Of a stretch of DNA of 44,024 bases, positions 1-5,164 are shown one piece after another. Source of the DNA: a virus (lineage: Duplodnaviria; Caudoviricetes). The position numbers and the translations under genes were made by a program. The notes under the pieces are model-generated. The model saw only the letters and a program-made list of their open reading frames with translations. It searched no databases and was not told the origin of the DNA. The stretch's first letter is position 1, and every line of letters starts with the position of its first letter. The DNA is taken from positions 1-44,024 of the IMG/VR virus record IMGVR_UViG_3300005805_000152. The stretch is one strand, 5' to 3'.

Positions 1-114
1 GCACTCCTGGCACTCATTGAGTTTCATGATGATTGGGACGAAGTGAGTGAAATTGTGGGTGCAGATGTGCCTGCATTGTATGAAAAACTCTCTGAAATGC
101 GTGATGAGGTTTGA
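1..114 (+). CDS. small acidic hypothetical protein, 3' part (5'-truncated by window)
   Basis: Frame 1 open from base 1 (ALLALIEFHDDWDEVSEIVGADVPALYEKLSEMRDEV*); stop overlaps next ATG (TGATG at 112-116). Confidence 0.6.
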   Translation, partial: ALLALIEFHDDWDEVSEIVGADVPALYEKLSEMRDEV

Positions 115-260
115 TGAACTATCTGACACCTGATGATCTCAACAATCTGATTCGTTTGGTTGAAGATAACAACCAATACAATGACGATGAGGATAAAGAG
201 TTCTGGGATGACATTCTCATTCGTTTGAATCAAACCTATCGCCACTGTTTGGATGACTGA
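114..260 (+). CDS. 48-aa acidic hypothetical phage protein
   Basis: Translated by hand: MNYLTPDDLNNLIRLVEDNNQYNDDEDKEFWDDILIRLNQTYRHCLDD*; overlapping start/stop coupling at both ends. Confidence 0.65.
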   Translation: MNYLTPDDLNNLIRLVEDNNQYNDDEDKEFWDDILIRLNQTYRHCLDD

Positions 261-408
261 AACCGACATTATTTCAGTTCGTGAACAGATTCAGAATGAT
301 CTGATCTGCCTGCTAGAATCACAGTTCGGTGAGGTAGATTACCTCTCAGAGGTTCAAGATCTTGCCTGCCAAATTGTCGTTGACAACTTCACTCAACTCC
401 TCAAATGA
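253..408 (+). CDS. 51-aa acidic hypothetical phage protein
   Basis: MTETDIISVREQIQNDLICLLESQFGEVDYLSEVQDLACQIVVDNFTQLLK*; ATGA coupling to the ORF at 405. Confidence 0.65.
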   Translation: MTETDIISVREQIQNDLICLLESQFGEVDYLSEVQDLACQIVVDNFTQLLK

Positions 409-644
409 CCAACAACGCTTACACCTGGACCGACGATTTCAGCGGACTTGTTGAGAAGTATGCTGAGTTCGTGATGGACTCTATGGACATGAAAACGATG
501 GAGCAATTCGTATTTGATACGTTGGTCCAAGAGTATAACAAATACAGTGAGGAAGAACTTATCACTGAGATTCGTGAGTGTTATGATGAAGAATGGTTCG
601 AAGATAATGGGATTGAGTTGAAAGAATCCCCCGATGCCGTGTGA
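405..644 (+). CDS. 79-aa very acidic hypothetical protein
   Basis: ORF track; D/E-rich; coupled to upstream ORF; stop lies inside the palindrome at 640-663. Confidence 0.75.
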   Translation: MTNNAYTWTDDFSGLVEKYAEFVMDSMDMKTMEQFVFDTLVQEYNKYSEEELITEIRECYDEEWFEDNGIELKESPDAV

Positions 645-706
645 CGGTTGGGGAACTGGCACAAGGGCGGTTGCGTTCGTGCTGCCCCCCTGCCATACTG
701 ACATCA
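640..706 (+). promoter_or_regulatory. early promoter unit: 24-bp palindrome + -35 TTGCGT + -10 CATACT
   Basis: TGTGACGGTT-GGGG-AACTGGCACA (640-663), TTGCGT 671-676, 17-nt spacer, CATACT 694-699, then gacatCAGTTCA. Confidence 0.75.
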
Positions 707-722
707 GTTCAGGGAAACCCCC

Positions 723-1010
723 GTGCAATTCCAACTGTTCCTTGGTCGCAACATCCCCGATGCGGGCAAGGTCACTCCCGCGATGATGCGTGACTTCATT
801 CGTGAGGAAGTTTGCCCCCGCTTTGATGGTTTCACTGTCACTGAGGGTGTAGGATTCTGGAAAGGTGATCAGGAGAATGTCACGATTCTCACCTTTATCA
901 CTGAGGATAGTGACAGCGTTCGTGAGATTGCGGATGCGTTCAAAGTTGCCTTCCGCCAGGAAAGTGTGCTGATGACTGAAGTTGCTCTACCAGTTGTGCA
1001 GTTCGTATAA
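723..1010 (+). CDS. DUF3574-like ferredoxin/PII-fold protein, candidate SAM lyase
   Basis: LFLGRNIP...EEVCPRFDGFTV..G.GFWKG..E...IADAFKVAFRQESVL resembles the DUF3574 pattern and the G-aromatic..E...Q(D/E)xVL signature of phage SAM lyases; GTG start. Confidence 0.7.
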   Translation: MQFQLFLGRNIPDAGKVTPAMMRDFIREEVCPRFDGFTVTEGVGFWKGDQENVTILTFITEDSDSVREIADAFKVAFRQESVLMTEVALPVVQFV

Positions 1011-1042
1011 AGAATGGGGGGCAACTTCGCCCCCTTTTTTTT
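1011..1042. terminator. bidirectional intrinsic terminator
   Basis: GGGGGC-aacttc-GCCCCC stem followed by T8 on +; on - the same stem is followed by CATTCTTT. Confidence 0.8.
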
Positions 1043-1125
1043 ATACTTTGTTTTCTATTATTTTTTGGCAGGGGGCGTGGTGACCGTTTTCATCATCAGG
1101 GCTACCCCGCCCCTCCTTCGCTTGT
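1011..1125 (-). ncRNA. candidate small structured RNA transcribed divergently from the nuclease gene
   Basis: Minus-strand promoter (1159-1132); GC-rich stem GGGGCG-G-GGT-A-GCC / GGT-C-ACC-A-CGCCCC with loop CUGAUGAUGAAAAC; ends at the bidirectional terminator; only a 12-codon ORF inside. Confidence 0.5.
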
Positions 1126-1159
1126 GACCTTAGTATAGGACGCCCAGCGCCCCCTGCAA
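1125..1159 (-). promoter_or_regulatory. minus-strand early promoter
   Basis: Reverse complement TTGCAG (1159-1154), 16-nt spacer, TATACT (1137-1132), then aaggtCA, the same N5-CA start motif as the + strand array promoters. Confidence 0.7.
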
Positions 1160-1166
1160 CGGTTCG

Positions 1167-1232
1167 TGTGCCACTTTCTGAACTGGACCACTCCCCGTTG
1201 CGCGGCGCCCCTGGCACCCTATACTGATTCCA
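1167..1232 (+). promoter_or_regulatory. palindrome shared by divergent promoters, plus + strand promoter of the nuclease gene
   Basis: TGTGCCACTT-TCTG-AACTGGACCA (1167-1190), TTGCGC 1198-1203, TATACT 1220-1225. Confidence 0.75.
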
Positions 1233-1246
1233 GATGAGAGGCACCA

Positions 1247-1762
1247 ATGCCCGCCACCCTTACCGACGCCCAGCAGCAATACCTGGACGCCTTCGCTGCA
1301 CTCTACGAAGCGGCAGAGGCGCTGAACGCTGGCGATCCGATGTCGTATGCCCGCTCCCGTGAGATTCACCTTGCCTGCCTGCTGGGTCACACCGTGGCAG
1401 ACACTTACAGTGGCGCTGACGCCTACGAAGCGGACGGAACTCCCGTAGAGTATAAGTCAACCATCGGCAAAGTGATCTCCGCAACGTATAACGGAATCAG
1501 CGTACAACCGACCTGGGAGGATCAGGAAGCGTACCTGATTGACCATAAGATCGGATGCTATCCCCGCCATTATTATGCCCGCTACGATGGTGCAAACGTT
1601 GCCGAAGTGTGGGTACTGGATAGTGACACCGTGCTCTCACTGATTCTGCCCAAAGCACAAAAGCAGTATGCTACAAAGCGTAACGGCAAAGCAAAAGACC
1701 CCCGCATCGGTGTTACAATCTCCGCTGGTGAGATTCGCAAGCATGGACGCCGCCTGGTATGA
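1247..1762 (+). CDS. PD-(D/E)xK nuclease, PvuII-like type II restriction endonuclease fold
   Basis: LGHTV....GADA....G..VEYKS parallels R.PvuII TGLTV....GNDA....G..YELKS; YYARYDG..VAEVW.L parallels WIFAIYRG..IEAIY.L; C-terminal KHGRRLV vs EHGTKIY; similar length. Confidence 0.7.
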   Translation: MPATLTDAQQQYLDAFAALYEAAEALNAGDPMSYARSREIHLACLLGHTVADTYSGADAYEADGTPVEYKSTIGKVISATYNGISVQPTWEDQEAYLIDHKIGCYPRHYYARYDGANVAEVWVLDSDTVLSLILPKAQKQYATKRNGKAKDPRIGVTISAGEIRKHGRRLV

Positions 1763-1809
1763 TTAAAGCACTGACCCGTTCCCGTTCCCCACAATTCCAC
1801 CGCGCCACT

Positions 1810-1926
1810 ATGCTCCGCCTCGTGATCGCTGGCACCCTGCTCTGGTTGCTCTGGGAACCGATCCGCCCCGTGCGGACTGTGACAGCAGACGTACTGTACA
1901 CTGCAGGCGACCTGATCCGCCGCTGA
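1810..1926 (+). CDS. 38-aa small membrane protein
   Basis: MLRLVIAGTLLWLLWEPIRPVRTVTADVLYTAGDLIRR*; hydrophobic N-terminus; fills the gap between cassettes. Confidence 0.55.
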   Translation: MLRLVIAGTLLWLLWEPIRPVRTVTADVLYTAGDLIRR

Positions 1927-1960
1927 CCCCCTATAATACTTTCAGTTCAGAGGACACCTC

Positions 1961-2206
1961 ATGAAGGTTCAACCCATCGGCAGCAATCAAACCCAGGTCT
2001 CCCTGGCAGACGGGACTGAGGTCCTGTTCTCCTACTCCACCCCCGTTGCCGCCCTGGTGCCTGGTAAGGGTTGGATGCGGACGGAGCAGACCCATAGCGT
2101 CACCACCACCAAGCACGTCAACCGCTGGTTGACCGCCAACGCCAGCACCTATGCCACGGTGGCGCTTGTGCCACAATGGGATCTGGACCAACTGGTGGCG
2201 TTCTGA
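1961..2206 (+). CDS. 81-aa hypothetical early protein
   Basis: ORF track; own TATAAT promoter; VLFSYSTPVAA...SVTTTKHVNRW motif typical of small phage early proteins. Confidence 0.8.
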   Translation: MKVQPIGSNQTQVSLADGTEVLFSYSTPVAALVPGKGWMRTEQTHSVTTTKHVNRWLTANASTYATVALVPQWDLDQLVAF

Positions 2207-2248
2207 GGGGCGCCACCCCCTACAATACTCTCAACCGCAACGGACCTG

Positions 2249-2482
2249 ATGACTTTGCCCCGCGCCTACGCTGTGATCGGTGGATGGGATTATGAAGGCG
2301 AAGACTTCAATTCGCTCCGCTTGTTTGACTATCACTCTGCAGCAGTTGCCTACACCAAGGAACTGAAAGATCAGGGGTATGACTATACCAAGATGGAGAT
2401 GCGTTGGATTGAGCAGATCCCTGCCCTGCAGGAGATCCTGACACTTAAGCGCCGTGAGGATGGCATCCTGGAGCAAGTGTGA
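2249..2482 (+). CDS. 77-aa hypothetical early protein
   Basis: ORF track; promoter at 2221; YAVIGGWDYEGEDF motif. Confidence 0.75.
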   Translation: MTLPRAYAVIGGWDYEGEDFNSLRLFDYHSAAVAYTKELKDQGYDYTKMEMRWIEQIPALQEILTLKRREDGILEQV

Positions 2483-2501
2483 CGCCTGAGCAACTGGCAC
2501 A
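2478..2501. promoter_or_regulatory. 24-bp palindrome (operator-like)
   Basis: TGTGACGCCT-GAGC-AACTGGCACA, ends 31 nt before TATACT at 2532. Confidence 0.75.
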
Positions 2502-2562
2502 CTGGGAACGGCAGCGCCCCAAAGACTGCCCTATACTAACCTCAGTTCAAACGAACCAACCA

Positions 2563-2733
2563 ATGCGCTACAACCCCGCCACCGACCGCGCCCAGAGCAT
2601 CGACGCCATCGCTGAGCAGTGCCGTAACGCCATTCTGAAGGCAGACGCCTGCCGCGCCATCGACGCCGCCTACGATGAAATCCTGCAGTTTGCCACCTGG
2701 GAGAACGACGTGCTGGTTCCCTGTGCCGCCTAA
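2563..2733 (+). CDS. 56-aa hypothetical early protein
   Basis: Start moved to ATG 2563 downstream of promoter 2532 (MRYNPATDRAQ...VPCAA*). Confidence 0.7.
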   Translation: MRYNPATDRAQSIDAIAEQCRNAILKADACRAIDAAYDEILQFATWENDVLVPCAA

Positions 2734-2745
2734 GGAACTGTCACA
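2722..2745. promoter_or_regulatory. 24-bp palindrome (operator-like)
   Basis: TGTGCCGCCT-AAGG-AACTGTCACA, ends 31 nt before TATACT at 2776. Confidence 0.75.
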
Positions 2746-2802
2746 GGGGGTGCCACCGCGCCCCCTTCCCCGCCCTATACTGATTCCAGTTCAACCAATC
2801 CG

Positions 2803-2937
2803 ATGAGAACCTGCATCCGCTACTTCGCCCCCTACGCCCAGCAATGGCGTGAGCAGTGGTTCCCCACCCTGGCAGAGGCAGAGGCGATGGTCGCCTTCTA
2901 CCGCTCCTGTGGTTCGCCTGCTCACCTGGCACCCTGA
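2803..2937 (+). CDS. 44-aa hypothetical early protein
   Basis: MRTCIRYFAPYAQQWREQWFPTLAEAEAMVAFYRSCGSPAHLAP*, directly after promoter 2776. Confidence 0.7.
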   Translation: MRTCIRYFAPYAQQWREQWFPTLAEAEAMVAFYRSCGSPAHLAP

Positions 2938-3000
2938 ACCAATGGGAGCGGGTGCGCCCTTAAAGACGCCCAGCAAACCAACCTACAATCCTAGCACACA

Positions 3001-3132
3001 ATGACCCGCGAACTGGCACTCTCCCTGCTCCGCTCTGGCAACGACGGCGCTCAGATCCTGCAGATCCTGGAGACGATCGCCGCCCCTGAAGGCAGCGACG
3101 CCGAACCCACCGACCAGGAAATCCAATTCTGA
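3001..3132 (+). CDS. 43-aa hypothetical early protein
   Basis: MTRELALSLLRSGNDGAQILQILETIAAPEGSDAEPTDQEIQF*. Confidence 0.7.
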   Translation: MTRELALSLLRSGNDGAQILQILETIAAPEGSDAEPTDQEIQF

Positions 3133-3142
3133 TAGTGGCACA
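3119..3142. promoter_or_regulatory. degenerate palindrome (good right half TAGTGGCACA)
   Basis: AAATCCAATT-CTGA-TAGTGGCACA, ends 32 nt before TATACT at 3174. Confidence 0.55.
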
Positions 3143-3200
3143 ACGGAGGGGGACGACCCCTCCCTTTTGCCTCTATACTGATCTCATCAGCAAACGACAG

Positions 3201-3395
3201 ATGACCGAAGAACGCCTGCTCTCCCTCTACGATGACCTGCTGGCACTGGCAGAGCGTCAAGCGGTGGACCTCTATGGTTGCGACCTGGACCGCCTGGACC
3301 CTGAGATCCTGGAGTTCTACGGGTCCAAACTGACGGAGGACAACCTGGAGGAACTGGCATCCGACCTTGCCCATGAGGCGTGGTTCGCCAACTGA
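3201..3395 (+). CDS. 64-aa acidic hypothetical early protein
   Basis: Start at ATG 3201 after promoter 3174 (MTEERLLSLYDDLL...AWFAN*). Confidence 0.75.
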   Translation: MTEERLLSLYDDLLALAERQAVDLYGCDLDRLDPEILEFYGSKLTEDNLEELASDLAHEAWFAN

Positions 3396-3428
3396 TCTGC
3401 TACAATACTCTCAACCGACACGACTCCG

Positions 3429-3608
3429 ATGATTCGCCAAGGTCCCTTCCTCCTGAACGACACCGCCGCCGCTGACCCTGCCGTTCAGATGGCGATGGCA
3501 TCCTACCTGCAGCGACTGCAGGCAGAGGAAGCGCAACGGGAGGCGATCCGTTCAGGCACCGCTCAGCAGGTCCAGTGGACGACCTGGCACATCAGCGACC
3601 GCGACTGA
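3429..3608 (+). CDS. 59-aa hypothetical early protein
   Basis: MIRQGPFLLNDTAAADPAVQMAMASYLQRLQAEEAQREAIRSGTAQQVQWTTWHISDRD*, after extended -10 TGcTACAAT at 3398-3406. Confidence 0.7.
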   Translation: MIRQGPFLLNDTAAADPAVQMAMASYLQRLQAEEAQREAIRSGTAQQVQWTTWHISDRD

Positions 3609-3651
3609 CCCCCCTGACCCTGTAGGATACTCTCAACAGCAAAGGACACCG

Positions 3652-3867
3652 ATGCCCTTCCTCTCCACCCTCTCCGACGCCGAACTGGAATCCCTCCTGA
3701 ACGACGCCGACGTCAACGGGGATGACGCCCAGTATGACGCCTGCTTTGAGGAACTCCGCCAGCGCGATGCCCTGCCCTACTACCTGGAGGACGGGTTCGA
3801 ATGCTACGACGACGATGCCGAACTGGAGTCCTACTCCCTGGAGTGCGCCTTCGGTCCTGAAGAGTGA
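3652..3867 (+). CDS. 71-aa extremely acidic protein (possible DNA mimic)
   Basis: ORF track; dominated by D/E, only two Arg and no Lys. Confidence 0.75.
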   Translation: MPFLSTLSDAELESLLNDADVNGDDAQYDACFEELRQRDALPYYLEDGFECYDDDAELESYSLECAFGPEE

Positions 3868-3886
3868 CACCTGAGGGGGTGGCACA
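3863..3886. promoter_or_regulatory. 24-bp palindrome (operator-like)
   Basis: AGTGACACCT-GAGG-GGGTGGCACA, ends 32 nt before TATAAT at 3918. Confidence 0.7.
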
Positions 3887-3944
3887 CTCCACCCCCCGAC
3901 CCCCGCCGCCGACGCCCTATAATTCTCTCAACAGCAAACGACAG

Positions 3945-4112
3945 ATGACCAACGCTTCCAACCCCTACGTTCAGCAGATCCTCTCCCAGGGCAAGGAGCC
4001 CAGCAACGCTCCCGCCCCTAAGGCGACCTACCCCCGCACCATCGGTGCCCGCACCTTTGAGACGGAGGCAGAGTACCGTGAGGCACTGGCAGACTTCCTG
4101 AACGGGTACTGA
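3945..4112 (+). CDS. 55-aa hypothetical early protein
   Basis: Start at ATG 3945 (MTNASNPYVQQIL...ADFLNGY*). Confidence 0.75.
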   Translation: MTNASNPYVQQILSQGKEPSNAPAPKATYPRTIGARTFETEAEYREALADFLNGY

Positions 4113-4163
4113 CCCGCTCCGCCGACCTGCTACAATACTCTCAGTTCAACCGACACCGATCCA

Positions 4164-4355
4164 ATGACCGACTCCTGCTTCCCCGCTCAGATCGCTGAAA
4201 TCACCAACCCCGACAACGGGACCATCTTCTGGATTGAAGCGGCATACGCTGCCAAACTCCACGGTCTCTGGGATGACTTCCGCACCGACTACGGCACGAC
4301 TGATTCGTTCGGTGGGGTCGACGCTGGTGAGTTCCTGGTGTGGTTGGGGTATTGA
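4164..4355 (+). CDS. 63-aa hypothetical early protein
   Basis: ORF track; promoter CTGACC-16-TACAAT (4109-4136). Confidence 0.75.
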   Translation: MTDSCFPAQIAEITNPDNGTIFWIEAAYAAKLHGLWDDFRTDYGTTDSFGGVDAGEFLVWLGY

Positions 4356-4404
4356 CCCCCGCCCCCCGATGCCCTACAATTCTCTCAGTTCACACCCCCG
4401 ACCG

Positions 4405-4575
4405 ATGACCCGCTTCCCTCTGGCAATGTGCTCTGACCTCCAGACCCGCCAGATCAAATGGATCTCCCGCGCCGATCAACTGAAGAACGGTTCCCGCCCC
4501 TCCGCCTACATCCATTGGGGGGTGCCCGCTACCGTGATCGCCGCCCAGTACTCTGAGGCACACGCCCCCAGGTAA
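4405..4575 (+). CDS. 56-aa hypothetical early protein
   Basis: Start at ATG 4405 after TTGACC-17-TACAAT (4352-4380): MTRFPLAMCSDLQTRQIKW... Confidence 0.7.
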   Translation: MTRFPLAMCSDLQTRQIKWISRADQLKNGSRPSAYIHWGVPATVIAAQYSEAHAPR

Positions 4576-4635
4576 GGGGCGCACCCCCGCCTCATTCGTG
4601 CTACAATTCTCTCAGTTCAACCAACCCCCCCTCCT

Positions 4636-4878
4636 ATGACCCGCGCAATCGGCACCGTTCGTTCCTCCGACCTCAACCCCAAGGGGCAGGCGATCCGCGT
4701 GAGCAGCGGACGTGGCAGCACGATGACCCCCGCCCGTGGGTTGGGCGCCGTAATGGTGAAGGACCTGGATGCCGCCATCGCCGCCGCTAAGGCAACCCAC
4801 CGCGCCGATCGCATCGCCGCCGCCCGTGATCGCCTGGCGGATCGCGTGGGGCACTCTCCCCTGGCGGTTCGTTTCTGA
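4636..4878 (+). CDS. 80-aa basic Ala/Arg-rich hypothetical protein
   Basis: ORF track; extended -10 TGcTACAAT at 4599-4607; followed by a terminator. Confidence 0.75.
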   Translation: MTRAIGTVRSSDLNPKGQAIRVSSGRGSTMTPARGLGAVMVKDLDAAIAAAKATHRADRIAAARDRLADRVGHSPLAVRF

Positions 4879-4883
4879 CACTT

Positions 4884-4915
4884 AAGGGGGGCACAATCGC
4901 CCCCCTTTTCTTTAT
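4884..4915 (+). terminator. intrinsic terminator closing the early array
   Basis: AAGGGGGGC-acaatc-GCCCCCCTT followed by TTCTTT. Confidence 0.8.
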
Positions 4916-5160
4916 GCGTTGGCGACACGAATAGCGCCCCTTGGTGTTAGTTCGTGTTCGGCAGATGCCCGCCCTAAATTATAACGTAGCGCGGCGGCGC
5001 TGAAACGAAAAATCAATGGATCCCCTAATCTATAAAGTGTTACGGAAGCGAGCTAACTATAACACTCAAAGTCAAAAAATTTTTCGCCAAAAAAATTCGC
5101 CCACAGGGTTGTTATAAAGAATACATTTTTTACTATATAAGATAAAAAAATGAGTGTGGG
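4916..5160. other. non-coding junction with hairpins and A-tracts at the GC discontinuity
   Basis: Hairpin 4924-4958; inverted repeat AGTGTTA/TAACACT 5036-5066; A6T5-CGCC-A7T2-CGCCC at 5074-5102; no credible ORF. Confidence 0.55.
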
Positions 5161-5164
5161 TTAA

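Larger units (their letters stand above)
1932..4622 (+). repeat. dispersed repeated promoter/leader motif: -10 hexamer + N5 + CA(gttca/acc/aca)
   Basis: -10 boxes at 1932 TATAAT, 2221 TACAAT, 2532 TATACT, 2776 TATACT, 2984 TACAAT, 3174 TATACT, 3401 TACAAT, 3623 TAGGAT, 3918 TATAAT, 4131, 4375 and 4602 TACAAT; mostly followed by (a/t)ctctca(gttca)ac and 17-34 nt upstream of an ATG. Confidence 0.85.

Noticed and set aside
640-663. Palindrome as a CRP or NtcA site
   Set aside because: Half-site spacing (TGTG-N16-CACA) fits neither TGTGA-N6-TCACA nor GTA-N8-TAC.
1058-1096. 12-codon minus-strand ORF MMKTVTTPPAKK
   Set aside because: Very short; the GGAGG is ~15 nt from the ATG and partly in the stem. 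Cannot be excluded but is unsupported.
1079-1102. Hammerhead ribozyme in the minus-strand RNA (CUGAUGA...GAAA...GUC)
   Set aside because: Only one nucleotide lies between CUGAUGA and GAAA (no stem II), and stems I and III do not pair in the required register.
1247-1762. Calling the nuclease a true PvuII isoschizomer
   Set aside because: Recognition-loop residues differ and CAGCTG sites are present in this phage DNA.
2479-4575. Track ORFs with long N-terminal extensions (2479, 3135, 3864, 4234)
   Set aside because: The extensions run through palindrome/promoter DNA; ATGs at 2563, 3201, 3945 and 4405 just downstream of the -10 boxes are the better starts.
640-4636. CRISPR array or integron attC array
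   Set aside because: Repeats are degenerate promoter elements separated by intact ORFs of 120-500 nt; no cas or integrase gene in the window and no attC R-box architecture.
24-4928. Minus-strand ORFs in the early region
   Set aside because: Shadows of + strand genes in GC-rich DNA with few stops; no promoters or recognisable motifs.
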